A DNA stretch of 50,270 nt from a virus. Lineage: Duplodnaviria > Caudoviricetes. The translations under genes and the position numbers were made by a program. Positions 16,951-25,528 of this stretch are shown here, piece by piece. The stretch lies in the IMG/VR virus record IMGVR_UViG_3300015195_000008, positions 1 to 50,270 of that record, one strand, 5' to 3'. The notes beneath the pieces were generated by a model that saw nothing but the letters and a program-made list of their open reading frames with translations, had not been told where the DNA came from and made no database searches. Position 1 is the first letter of the stretch. Every line of letters starts with the position of its first letter.

Positions 16951-18602
16951 TTCATTCCGAAATAACCTGCAGAGGAGTGCCCTGCCTTCTTTTCTTCGGG
17001 CCAGAGGGGGTCTTGAGGCTTGTTCAGCTCGAAAATGTCCTTCGTGTCCGGTATTCTCTGCCTCGCTTGGTACGTTCTGCCCTCGTGTTTGGCGAGAGAG
17101 TCGAGAATATCCTCATGCACAAGCTCGTTCGCGGCTGAGAAGTTGTCGATCTGTTCGATAAGCGACCTCTGGCTAGGCAAAACGTACAACCTGCCTGCCC
17201 GTACCCTTGGCTCGAGCATCTGAATGCGGGTGGACTTGTTCTGACCGCCCACTTTGTCCTCTTCGATAAGAACGCTCAGCCCCTTTTCTCTCAAGGCTCT
17301 CTGCAGCATGGGTATCCACAGGCCGTAACCGCCGACGTTCTCCACTATGATCTTCGTCGGTAGGTAGAACTGAATTTGAGCGATCATGCGCTCAAGTATG
17401 CCAGAGACGGAGTCCTTCCACCCGTCTGCTACGAGGGTCCACCAACGATCGGCGAAGTCCGTACCTACCACGGTTACGCCGTGAAAGTCGCTCTTGCGGG
17501 TAGGGTTCATGCCTGCCGGGTCCCATGCCATTGTGATGTTGACCGGGTACTGCTCTCCCGTAGGCAGGCGGATAATGTTCGTCTTGCCTATCTTAATGAG
17601 GGAGAAGTCCATGACGTTGACGTTTGAGATATCGAATACGCGATCTTCGTCGGCAACTGGTTTGTTCTCGTAGTTGGACGCGAACCTTCTTGCTCCGCCT
17701 TTACGGTTACGCATGCTCTCAAGGAAGTCGAACCCTTGTCCGACAGGGAAGAAGAGACCTTGAGGCCCGTCCCAACAGGAGCGAATGAACTTCTTGTAAC
17801 GCTCTTTTCCACCGTCTGAGACGCGCTTTTCATCGTCCTTAATGATCCGCCCGAATGCGTCATCAACATGCCACCGGGTACCTGTAACCATGAGCGTTCC
17901 GCGCGGGTCGAGCATAGACTGGAGGCTGTCGAGGTACTCAGCCGTAGCGTCCCGCTGCTCCTGCGTAACGACGTTCTTCTCGTTTACAAGATCGTCTGCG
18001 ATGATGAAGTCATAGTGAGTAGACGTTAAGTCGGAACCCAGGGACCCAGTATCGACGGTAGGCTCAATCAATGATAAGTTAGTTCTTTTTCCTACGGTGA
18101 TCTGAGAGTCAGACCATACAGCTTCGCGAAACTCAGGCTTCCACCCATACCCGTACTCCTCGAGGAACTCAGCGTTATGCGAGAAGTGATGCTTGATGAC
18201 TCGGAGACGGCCAGAGGACACCTTCTGCTTATGTGTGACCCAAAGAATACGTACGTCGGGGTTCTCCTTGATGACTCCGATACACGCGCCTACTAAGATG
18301 GATGACTTGAACGTGCCACGAGGCATGAGCATCATGTAGAGCTTCTGAATGTCACTGCGGAACTGGAAGTCTCCGATCGCCTCTTCAATGAAGATGCACG
18401 GCTCAGTATGCGTCTCTCGCTGTAGACCTATCCCTGAGCTGGAGGTCTCGTCGGACATGTTGAGGTAGTCGGTACATAGGGAAAAGAGCCACTCCGATTC
18501 GGAGGGCTCTTCATTGATATCTACGCCTTTATCTTCCTTGTTCCACCCTTCGGTGATTTTAAGAAGATCCTTACCGAATCCCATCCTCTTCCAATCTTGC
18601 AA
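16938..18602 (-). CDS. terL: terminase large subunit
   Basis: Walker A MPRGTFKSS, Walker B FIIADDL, coupling motif GTRW, RNase H-like AWDPA...KSDF...VEN...HEDILDSL. Confidence 0.92.
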   Translation of the reverse strand: MQDWKRMGFGKDLLKITEGWNKEDKGVDINEEPSESEWLFSLCTDYLNMSDETSSSGIGLQRETHTEPCIFIEEAIGDFQFRSDIQKLYMMLMPRGTFKSSILVGACIGVIKENPDVRILWVTHKQKVSSGRLRVIKHHFSHNAEFLEEYGYGWKPEFREAVWSDSQITVGKRTNLSLIEPTVDTGSLGSDLTSTHYDFIIADDLVNEKNVVTQEQRDATAEYLDSLQSMLDPRGTLMVTGTRWHVDDAFGRIIKDDEKRVSDGGKERYKKFIRSCWDGPQGLFFPVGQGFDFLESMRNRKGGARRFASNYENKPVADEDRVFDISNVNVMDFSLIKIGKTNIIRLPTGEQYPVNITMAWDPAGMNPTRKSDFHGVTVVGTDFADRWWTLVADGWKDSVSGILERMIAQIQFYLPTKIIVENVGGYGLWIPMLQRALREKGLSVLIEEDKVGGQNKSTRIQMLEPRVRAGRLYVLPSQRSLIEQIDNFSAANELVHEDILDSLAKHEGRTYQARQRIPDTKDIFELNKPQDPLWPEEKKAGHSSAGYFGMNWKH

Positions 18603-18855
18603 CCCAAGAGACTGCTATCGCTGCTATTTGAACCAGTTCTTCCTTGAGGTTCGACTCGTCGAGTTCTTGAATCGCTCTAGCCACTTCTCCCACTTCTTCG
18701 GTTAGCATAGCCAGTCGGACAATCAGAGGACACTCCTTGTCGTATGCGATGTAGGTGAACTTGCCCTGCTGCTGGAGGTCTGTCTGCCGTCTGAGTTCAC
18801 AGTTCACGAGGAACTCTGCTCGTTCGATGTTAGCGGTGTACTTAAAGTTTTGCAT
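18571..18855 (-). CDS. MazG-like nucleotide pyrophosphohydrolase
   Basis: LTEEVGEVARAI...LKEELVQIAAIAVSW. Confidence 0.75.
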   Translation of the reverse strand: MQNFKYTANIERAEFLVNCELRRQTDLQQQGKFTYIAYDKECPLIVRLAMLTEEVGEVARAIQELDESNLKEELVQIAAIAVSWVARLEEDGIR

Positions 18856-19399
18856 GAAGGTTCTCCGTTACGTACTTCTTAACGAGAGGTATTAATTTGT
18901 AGAGTTGGTCTCCAGGACAAGCAGTGCTGTATGATGCAGTGTCGTGCGGATAAAAAAGCGGTGCAATGTCCCGGTGTCCGATGGTTCTTGCGATAGAGGG
19001 TATGTGTATATGAGACAAGACGGCAAGTCTATTGAGGGCGTCGAGCTGTGATCCAGTTGGCCTACCAGTGTATCCAGGATCGCTTGACTCGAAATTTCCG
19101 ATAAGACTGACTGCAACGCTCTGCTGATTTCTTCCGTAAGAAGCTGCGGATGACCATTCAATTGGGCGTCCCTGGAAAATTGTTCCCTGGGCGCTAATAA
19201 CCCAATTGTACGCGATAAACGCCATGCCTTTAGCGCGGTGTTCGGCATCAATGTCCAGAACAGTCTGATAAACCGGACCAGCCGTATGATGAACGATGAA
19301 GTCGGTGATATCCGATATTGATCGGACTGCATAATTTTCTCCTGGCTTAGGGTAAGAAGGAAGGGGCGCGACCGCCCCAAACATGTCAGGTTCTTGCAT
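18842..19399 (-). CDS. endolysin, N-acetylmuramoyl-L-alanine amidase (Amidase_2/PGRP type)
   Basis: FIVHHTAG, IAYNWVI, FQGRP, SLIGNF, GHRD, TACPG zinc-amidase motifs. Confidence 0.9.
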   Translation of the reverse strand: MQEPDMFGAVAPLPSYPKPGENYAVRSISDITDFIVHHTAGPVYQTVLDIDAEHRAKGMAFIAYNWVISAQGTIFQGRPIEWSSAASYGRNQQSVAVSLIGNFESSDPGYTGRPTGSQLDALNRLAVLSHIHIPSIARTIGHRDIAPLFYPHDTASYSTACPGDQLYKLIPLVKKYVTENLHAKL

Positions 19400-19407
19400 A
19401 CTGTCTC

Positions 19408-19644
19408 CTACGCGAGAGAGATCGTGATCGCAGTGTTGCCGATCGTAGTTGAGAAAGGAAGGGCAGGACTGATCGCAAACGCTGCGATAGCGTTAAGGAG
19501 CTGAGACATACTCAGGAACTGGTGCTCTGCGGTATACGAGATCGTAACGAGATACTTGCTCTTACCTGCGTAGAACGAGAAGCTCGTCTTCTGACCGAGG
19601 AACATGAGGACAACGAAGAGCTGTGCTTTTTGGATGAAGTTCAT
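19408..19644 (-). CDS. hypothetical protein (lysis region)
   Basis: 78 aa hydrophobic ORF with GAAGG RBS. Confidence 0.5.
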   Translation of the reverse strand: MNFIQKAQLFVVLMFLGQKTSFSFYAGKSKYLVTISYTAEHQFLSMSQLLNAIAAFAISPALPFSTTIGNTAITISLA

Positions 19645-19829
19645 AACGTGCCTTCTTTCAAATCTTGTAGCATTTTTTTGACTGCCGCTAAGGCAAGGGT
19701 TCTCTGAATGAGGTTGTCTTTACGCTCTTTGTCATGGTCTTTCGTCAGTTCGTTAAGGATAGCATCTACCATGAAGATGCACGACGAGAGCGTCATTTTT
19801 ACGTCTATCGGTTTGTGGAGATTATCCAT
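19641..19829 (-). CDS. hypothetical protein
   Basis: Likely start MDNLHKP at 19829; helical. Confidence 0.45.
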   Translation of the reverse strand: MDNLHKPIDVKMTLSSCIFMVDAILNELTKDHDKERKDNLIQRTLALAAVKKMLQDLKEGTL

Positions 19830-20055
19830 GAGCGGGCGGGACTGAGGGAGGGGGAATCTCTGGGTCCGGGGGCTGTGTTTGGTAGATGTGTATGATCTCA
19901 CCAGCTATTGCTGATACCACGCTAATGATCGCGATCACCTTTGTTGCGTTGGGACCTAGGAGCTGTGTGATGCCCTGAGTGAAGGTAACGTCCGTAGCGA
20001 GGGCTGAGAGGCCTGCGAGACGGGCGAGGATGCCGAGGGCGTTAAGTTTACTCAT
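19822..20055 (-). CDS. holin candidate
   Basis: 77 aa with two hydrophobic segments, upstream of the endolysin. Confidence 0.5.
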   Translation of the reverse strand: MSKLNALGILARLAGLSALATDVTFTQGITQLLGPNATKVIAIISVVSAIAGEIIHIYQTQPPDPEIPPPSVPPAHG

Positions 20056-20056
20056 A

Positions 20057-20221
20057 TCAAAGCCATTTCGTGTGCATGCGGATGAGGTACTTCTCTAAGA
20101 TGTTGTTGCATAGTTCTTGTACGCGCATCGAGATGTTAGGAGTTGATAAAAGAAGGGCGACAGTCTCCACAAGGACTCCGTACTCCGCTAGCTGCTCTGG
20201 GATTAGGTCTGTATCTTTCAT
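20057..20221 (-). CDS. hypothetical protein (54 aa)
   Basis: MKDTDLIPEQLAEYGVLVETV...KWL with AGGAG RBS; fills the gap. Confidence 0.55.
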   Translation of the reverse strand: MKDTDLIPEQLAEYGVLVETVALLLSTPNISMRVQELCNNILEKYLIRMHTKWL

Positions 20222-20229
20222 AGTTTCTC

Positions 20230-20649
20230 CTAAATAGGGACCGGGATGAGGTTATCTTCGACCTTTGCGAGGATTTCCCTCTCGTGAATGATGGCAATGG
20301 GCTGTTTTTCTCCTGGGATCATCGAATCTTCGTAGGTTACGAGGCGTTCCGCCCATCTCTCGTACATAATCAGGTCACCTGGGAAGAGGTTGAGGGCGTT
20401 GTTCGGGCTGCAAGCTAGGACGAATCCCCATATTCTAGCCCATAATTCGTTCAGCTTAACATAAAGCCCCCCTTCCGTGAAGCCTTGAGGCGAATACGGA
20501 CGTATAAGGTAAGTGTTTGGCCGGATGTCCATATCCCAGACCTTGGAATGATCTAGTTCATGGTGAATCAAGGCGCTATCGTCGAACTTTGGGTACTTCT
20601 CCCTAAAAGAACCGCGATCTGGTCGGCGTTTTGGTCTCTGGTGGATCAT
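20230..20649 (-). CDS. divergent GroES-like co-chaperonin
   Basis: YLIRP...TEGGLYV...GFVLACSP...PGDLIMY...IIHEREILAKVE follows the Cpn10 pattern; N-terminal extension. Confidence 0.6.
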   Translation of the reverse strand: MIHQRPKRRPDRGSFREKYPKFDDSALIHHELDHSKVWDMDIRPNTYLIRPYSPQGFTEGGLYVKLNELWARIWGFVLACSPNNALNLFPGDLIMYERWAERLVTYEDSMIPGEKQPIAIIHEREILAKVEDNLIPVPI

Positions 20650-21310
20650 TTTTAACCTTCTTCTTGGCAGGTTCAGTGAGTTTCTTCTCGGGAGTTCTTG
20701 TTACCTCTGGGAAAACGGGGTACTGACGGAGTTCTTTGGCGAGGTACTCGAGGCCGTAGGCGTTCAGGGCCAGGAGGATAGCGTTTGGGAGGACTCCACT
20801 AATCTCCCACATCTGATATACCGGCAGTAGGTACTGGTTCGGTATGGTCAGTGAGACCGTAGTAGTTCCGTTAGGCTCATCCTTGAGCGCCCGGAACTTC
20901 GCGGCTGTCATGTGGAACTTCGTCCTGCTCCGTTTCTTCGTGTGCTGGAGGTCTGCGAGGTGCTGCGCGAACTTGGTAAGCTCTTCCGTGTTGATGTTCT
21001 TCCGTTCTGGGGAGGCGAACACCTTGATGAGATAACCCAAGCCGTCTGGGATAAGCTCTCGCTTTGCGAGTCTCTGCCTAATAGGAGCGTGCTGCCCGCC
21101 CTTCTTGATCTCGTGTCTCTGGGTCCTGTGTCTGACCAGTCCTTCGATGTGTCGGAACTCGTACTGACAGACCATGCAGCAGATGGGAGTCTTGTGGCAC
21201 TGGTTGCACATGCAGTGAATATCATGCTTCAGGTTACGGGAGGCTGCGATCTTCTCGTAGTAGTCGGGTTCTCTATCTAACGTGGTGAACTGCGGCATAC
21301 AACCACACAA
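20603..21310 (-). CDS. hypothetical protein with C2H2 zinc finger
   Basis: HCMCNQC and CMVC-X12-H-X4-H; start may be the ATG at 21298. Confidence 0.55.
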   Translation of the reverse strand: MCGCMPQFTTLDREPDYYEKIAASRNLKHDIHCMCNQCHKTPICCMVCQYEFRHIEGLVRHRTQRHEIKKGGQHAPIRQRLAKRELIPDGLGYLIKVFASPERKNINTEELTKFAQHLADLQHTKKRSRTKFHMTAAKFRALKDEPNGTTTVSLTIPNQYLLPVYQMWEISGVLPNAILLALNAYGLEYLAKELRQYPVFPEVTRTPEKKLTEPAKKKVKNDPPETKTPTRSRFF

Positions 21311-21369
21311 ACATTCCGGCTAGGCCCAATACCGAAGAGCACAATACTACGAAACATAATGCCTTGGCC

Positions 21370-21564
21370 TCATCGCTGTCGAAATTTGTCATATTCATCC
21401 GTCAAGTGCTTCCAAGCTATCTTGTGCTTGATGTTGAAGATCGTTGTGGTAGATATGTTGATCTGGCGGGCGAGCTTGCGATACGAGGTCTGGGAGTAGT
21501 AGATAGTTCTGACCTCCTCTTCGTTCAGTAGGCTCCTCCCGTGGTCTAGTCCGTTGACTTTCAA
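21370..21564 (-). CDS. small HTH protein resembling the C-terminal DNA-binding domain of HNH endonucleases
   Basis: LNEEEVRTI...LARQINISTTTIFNIKHKIAWKHL parallels the C-terminus of 21937-22530; GGAGG RBS before TTG. Confidence 0.6.
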   Translation of the reverse strand: MKVNGLDHGRSLLNEEEVRTIYYSQTSYRKLARQINISTTTIFNIKHKIAWKHLTDEYDKFRQR

Positions 21565-21636
21565 GTTCGTCCTCCCACTCCTGATTGGCTTGGTTTAGAG
21601 GGTCGATGGGATCATACTCGAATCGGTGAGTAAACA

Positions 21637-21936
21637 TCAATCTTTCCTCGAGACGGCCAGTACCGCTTCCTCTTTAATGATAAGGTAGTCCTTACCGCCG
21701 ATTCTCGCGAGACTGGAAGTCGTGTTCGAGTAGTAGATCTCGTCTCCCGGCTGAAGCTCCGAGGGCTCCTCAGTACCGTCGGAGAACTTGCGCGGGGGTC
21801 CTACTGAAATGACCGTTCCATGTCCCTCGTACTTCGATTGGTGGGGGTCTGAGGTCACGTAGAGGCCAGAGGATGTGACGGTCTGCTCTGGGAACTCTTC
21901 GATGAGTAGTTTACCTGGCATTACTGTGAGCTTCAT
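21637..21936 (-). CDS. groES: GroES (Cpn10) co-chaperonin
   Basis: MKLTVMPGKLLI...TSSGLYV...GTVISVGP...LQPGDEIYY...YLIIKEEAVLAV. Confidence 0.85.
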   Translation of the reverse strand: MKLTVMPGKLLIEEFPEQTVTSSGLYVTSDPHQSKYEGHGTVISVGPPRKFSDGTEEPSELQPGDEIYYSNTTSSLARIGGKDYLIIKEEAVLAVSRKD

Positions 21937-22530
21937 TTAGTTCTCCTTGGGAAGAAGGTGCCGCCATGAGAGGCCGTGCTTGATGTTTGAGATCGCAGGC
22001 TTAGAGACTCTATAGATGTTTGAAAGGGTGGCAAGAGAATTGGGGGAGTTTCGTATCTCAAGGACCTGCTCCTCCGTAAGTTTCGACTGCCTACAATCAG
22101 AACCCTTCGGTGCGTTGGGGACATTCTCGGGGTAGTAGGCCGTGAAGCTCTCGAAGAGGTGGTCAGGGTTGAAGCAGAACTTGTTCTTGCAGCTCGTGTG
22201 GATGAACTTCTTCTTCTCTTTCCACCTCTTGTACTGCTCGTTCAGTACTCGTGCATCGAACTCCTGATCGTACATGTAGAACGCGAACCTCGAGAGCTGT
22301 ACCGTGAACAGTTTACCGTTCTGCGTAGCATGCAACGTAAGACGCTTCTTACCGCTCTTGAGTCCCCAACACGGAACCCCTTCCTCATCTGGGGTATGTT
22401 CTCGGACGTTCTCCAGGAACTTTAGAGCTAGGAGCATCCAAGTGTAGAGGTTAGGAAGGGGGTCCTCGCACTCTTTTATCCTCTCACTGAGCTTGTCGAT
22501 ATCTTCTCGGGTTACCTGATGGAGTTTCAT
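21937..22530 (-). CDS. HNH endonuclease-like protein with C-terminal HTH
   Basis: CWG...HTSCKNKFCFNPDHL...EN...SKLTEEQVLEIR...SWRHL. Confidence 0.75.
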   Translation of the reverse strand: MKLHQVTREDIDKLSERIKECEDPLPNLYTWMLLALKFLENVREHTPDEEGVPCWGLKSGKKRLTLHATQNGKLFTVQLSRFAFYMYDQEFDARVLNEQYKRWKEKKKFIHTSCKNKFCFNPDHLFESFTAYYPENVPNAPKGSDCRQSKLTEEQVLEIRNSPNSLATLSNIYRVSKPAISNIKHGLSWRHLLPKEN

Positions 22531-22539
22531 TTTTCGTTC

Positions 22540-23748
22540 CTATCTCGGAGTAGGCGGGTTCAACCAGACCCATTTATTAGCGAAGTCTACGTGCTTGGTA
22601 AGGTCAATCGTGTAGCGGTCTCCCGCCCAGTCGGGGTTCCCCCAGTGATTCTCAAAGGCGGTCAGAGGGGTGCAAGGCGATCCGTTGGAGGGGCACCCGG
22701 TTCCCATGAACGTGTATCCTGAACCGGATAAGGAGTAAGTTGGATCTGCCTCCACTTGGATCTGGAAGCCATTGTTACCGTTGGTATCGCCCAAGTAGCC
22801 GCCGTAGTCCGCTAAGGCATACACGAGGGCCTTCTCGTCTGCTCCGGGTATACCGAGAGCGTCGATCTGAGCATGCGTCATGTTGAGGCGTCCATAGGCT
22901 CCGTATGGGGCTCCTTGCCCATTGGGGCAGGTTGTATCGCTCGAGTTACGGTAGTTGCTTGGGTAGACGGTTACGTTTGAGGTACAGGGAGCTACGATGA
23001 AGAGCGCGTGTAGGACCTGCGGTGTAGAGTTCGCTATTTCAGGAGCACGGACAACACCTGCCCAGAGTGCGAACCCTGCACCAGTTGCAGCTCCTCCGAT
23101 GCCTTCGTCAGTCGTCTGCAGCTTGCCCGACTCGCCTGTAGCGATAGTGCCTCCATTAGGCGGGAAGTTCGTTACGAGCCATGAGTCCATTTCAATGAAC
23201 CCGTGGGTCGGGTCGCCTTCGTTGAGGTCGATCATGCCCATGTGCTCGTCTCCACCGCCTGCAGGCCTCGCGTACGAGGGGACATGGAGCCAGTTAGTTG
23301 GGCATGTGAACCACGTGAAGACGCAGCTTACGTTATGGGAAGGGTCTGAAGTAGTGGTTGAGATGTAGATGGGGTGCTGCCACTGGTTCACTTGGTTCGT
23401 GTAACCGAACGACAGGTGGTTAAAGAACTGCGTGGTTGAACGGTAGTACGCTTGCCATGTGGCCGAAGAGGGAGAGACTCCTGAGTTCTGCTGTGCGACA
23501 GTCCTGTTAAACGGGCTGTTGGCGGAGTACGGTGTACAGTTCGGCGGCATGGTCAGGGAGAGGGTGCAACCGGAACCGGCAACGGAGAGGGGTTGTATTT
23601 GGGAGACTGGAGCAGTGGTCGCTGGAGCAGTGGTCGCAAGAGGTTTGGGAGTCGTTGTAGCCTTGATCGTTTGCGCGTGTCGTGAGGCTCCCAGGGTAGT
23701 AAAGGCAAAGGCTAGAGCTACGAGAGTTGAAGTTGTTACGAGTCGCAT
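22540..23748 (-). CDS. secreted protein of unknown function (signal peptide, Thr/Pro linker, globular domain with 8 Cys)
   Basis: MRLVTTSTLVALAFAFTTLGA..., ATTTPKPLATTAPATTAP linker, motifs SPFN, GGDEHM, HAL, ALADYGGYLGD. Confidence 0.7.
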   Translation of the reverse strand: MRLVTTSTLVALAFAFTTLGASRHAQTIKATTTPKPLATTAPATTAPVSQIQPLSVAGSGCTLSLTMPPNCTPYSANSPFNRTVAQQNSGVSPSSATWQAYYRSTTQFFNHLSFGYTNQVNQWQHPIYISTTTSDPSHNVSCVFTWFTCPTNWLHVPSYARPAGGGDEHMGMIDLNEGDPTHGFIEMDSWLVTNFPPNGGTIATGESGKLQTTDEGIGGAATGAGFALWAGVVRAPEIANSTPQVLHALFIVAPCTSNVTVYPSNYRNSSDTTCPNGQGAPYGAYGRLNMTHAQIDALGIPGADEKALVYALADYGGYLGDTNGNNGFQIQVEADPTYSLSGSGYTFMGTGCPSNGSPCTPLTAFENHWGNPDWAGDRYTIDLTKHVDFANKWVWLNPPTPR

Positions 23749-24140
23749 ATAGGCCCCTTCTTTTTCTTTATGTAGTTCTTTTTCTTCTTTATGTAGTCAG
23801 GATGTGTCGGATATACTACGGGTAGGGTGTAGCTCAGTAAGGACTTAGTATGTGCTTTGTTGAGTCTGTCGATTAAGTCGTTAATCTCTTCGTTAAGTTC
23901 GTCGATTAGGGTGTGCCTCTCTTTGAGGAGGAGGTCCACTTCAAACTCGGAGTAGAACCTCGGGTACTCTGCAGGCCGGGTCATCTTCTCTACTTCAAGA
24001 GCGAAGACTCTTGCTGCTTGGACGGGGACGTAGAATAGATCGGCTTCGTTGTTGTTCTGGTGGAGGCCGATCTGAACGAACTCATCACTCTTTCCATTCG
24101 GGTAGGGTAAGACTGTCATTCGCGAAACGTGCAAGGGCAT
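23736..24140 (-). CDS. hypothetical protein
   Basis: 134 aa, AAGGAG RBS, coiled-coil segment, duplicated YIKKKK tail. Confidence 0.6.
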   Translation of the reverse strand: MPLHVSRMTVLPYPNGKSDEFVQIGLHQNNNEADLFYVPVQAARVFALEVEKMTRPAEYPRFYSEFEVDLLLKERHTLIDELNEEINDLIDRLNKAHTKSLLSYTLPVVYPTHPDYIKKKKNYIKKKKGPICDS

Positions 24141-24172
24141 TAGTTACGGTCTCCTTTTATTGAGTGCCTCAT

Positions 24173-24200
24173 CGTATAGGTATTCCCCAGTCGGACAAGA
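24173..24200 (-). promoter_or_regulatory. possible sigma70-like promoter for the packaging/late arm
   Basis: TTGTCC-N16-TACGAT upstream of 24140. Confidence 0.35.
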
Positions 24201-24345
24201 GAGTCCTTCTCTCGTTGTAAAAGAAAGGACTTTAGTCTCTACAGAGGGTACAAAGGTCTAGTCATTCAGAAACGAGCTTCCCCCCTGCCCCCCATTGTAA
24301 AGTTTTTGTCTGACCCGCCCTAGGGGGGGTGGTCGGGACGGGCAC

Positions 24346-24383
24346 AAGAAAAACCCCTGGCACCATGAGGTGTCAAGGGTCTT
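24346..24383 (-). terminator. rho-independent terminator closing the early region
   Basis: Minus strand ACCCTTGACACC-TCAT-GGTGCCAGGGGT followed by TTTTCTT. Confidence 0.7.
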
Positions 24384-24408
24384 GGTCAAGGCTTTACTTT
24401 GTTAAGTC

Positions 24409-24576
24409 TTAGCTGCGTCTAGATGATACCGGAGGTACAGGAGTCAGTCTCTTTGGCCAAACTCTCGTTAGCGCCCTTACAGAACCAAACCGCTTTAGGG
24501 CTTTATACATGGCCTCCTCCTCATTACTCGCCTGTATGTCTATCACTCTTCCGTTGTAGCTCGCCTCGTATCTCAT
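24409..24576 (-). CDS. small early protein (55 aa)
   Basis: MRYEASYNGRVIDIQASNEEEAMYKA...; GGAAAGGT RBS. Confidence 0.6.
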   Translation of the reverse strand: MRYEASYNGRVIDIQASNEEEAMYKALKRFGSVRALTRVWPKRLTPVPPVSSRRS

Positions 24577-24666
24577 TTACCTTTCCTTCTTCCTTCTATA
24601 TGGCGCTGCTCAAGTTCACTACGGTCAAGAAACGCGCTCCGTCCTCTTCGCTGAATGTGTTAAGTC

Positions 24667-24807
24667 TTAGCTCTCTATGATTCTTATCGCTTTTGTCTCG
24701 TTATAAGGACTAGCCTCTTCGTCGCACACAGGGCAGTACCCGCTGTCATCAGGCTCTCGGTACTCAACGTCGTACAAGGCATTACAGTTGGTGCATACAA
24801 GCTTCAT
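24667..24807 (-). CDS. small zinc-ribbon protein (46 aa)
   Basis: MKLVCTNC...YCPVCDEE, two CxxC. Confidence 0.6.
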   Translation of the reverse strand: MKLVCTNCNALYDVEYREPDDSGYCPVCDEEASPYNETKAIRIIES

Positions 24808-24825
24808 GTCCTGGTCCTTCCTTTG

Positions 24826-25005
24826 TTAAGTCTTAGTGTACTGTGGATACTGCTTGAGGCTTAGTTCGCTATTGGTTCTATCTAGTGCTTTTAACCAGAA
24901 CCTATGTTCGTTGCTGCTAGGTAAGCAGTCTAGTAGCTCAGCTAAGCATCTCTTAGAGTGAACCTTAAGTTCATCGATGGTCATCTCTTCGTACATTTTA
25001 GGCAT
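24826..25005 (-). CDS. small early protein (59 aa)
   Basis: MPKMYEEMTIDELKVHS...YTKT; AAGGA RBS; promoter upstream. Confidence 0.6.
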   Translation of the reverse strand: MPKMYEEMTIDELKVHSKRCLAELLDCLPSSNEHRFWLKALDRTNSELSLKQYPQYTKT

Positions 25006-25061
25006 GACGTCCTTCTTCCTTCTATACGGCGCTCGCTGCGCTCAGTGCTGACTACTCTCTT

Positions 25062-25090
25062 AGTATAGCAGTTAACGACTCACTTGTCTA
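25062..25090 (-). promoter_or_regulatory. sigma70-like early promoter
   Basis: TAGACA-N17-TATACT with extended -10 TG. Confidence 0.65.
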
Positions 25091-25169
25091 CAGTGCTAGG
25101 GACTTCTTGACTCTAGCTTAACAGTCTAAAGTCTTTGTAAAGGGGATTGACAAACCTGAAAGTAGAAAC

Positions 25170-25199
25170 GTTGCTACATGGATGTTGCTACGTTGCTAC
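25170..25199. repeat. three GTTGCTAC direct repeats
   Basis: 25170-77, 25184-91, 25192-99 in a non-coding stretch. Confidence 0.7.
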
Positions 25200-25324
25200 A
25201 TTATCTCATACTCGCTTTCTTAGCTCTCTCTCTTCTACAGTAGCAGCTAGGGAAGCTCTCGGTTGCAGTCCTGGTGGATTAGGGCTGATGTTGCGGGTGT
25301 TTAGCGGTGGGATCATGTGAACAG

Positions 25325-25528
25325 TTACTTCGAGTATTCATGATACCAAGCAAGACTCTCATATCTCAGGCTCAGCTTCGTTAGGTAAGCGAGGGTACTT
25401 GTAGCCTGGTCCAGCCAGTAGGCGCGTTCCAAAGGTCCTGCATTGCTCTCAAAGTCTTCTAGGTACGTACGAACTTCCTTGGCGAGGTTAAACAGGTCTT
25501 GACGGGTGACGGCGACGTTGGTATTCAT
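25325..25528 (-). CDS. small early hypothetical protein
   Basis: 67 aa, AGGAG RBS. Confidence 0.6.
   Translation of the reverse strand: MNTNVAVTRQDLFNLAKEVRTYLEDFESNAGPLERAYWLDQATSTLAYLTKLSLRYESLAWYHEYSK

Larger units (their letters stand above)
24400..24836. repeat. three copies of TGTTAAGTCTTAG (24400-24412, 24658-24670, 24824-24836)
   Basis: Exact 13-mer, each overlapping the stop codon of a small gene. Confidence 0.85.

Noticed and set aside
24140-25320. tRNA or other recognisable structured RNA in the intergenic stretches
   Set aside because: No cloverleaf or T-loop/CCA pattern seen by eye; tRNAscan-SE/Infernal would be needed to exclude fully
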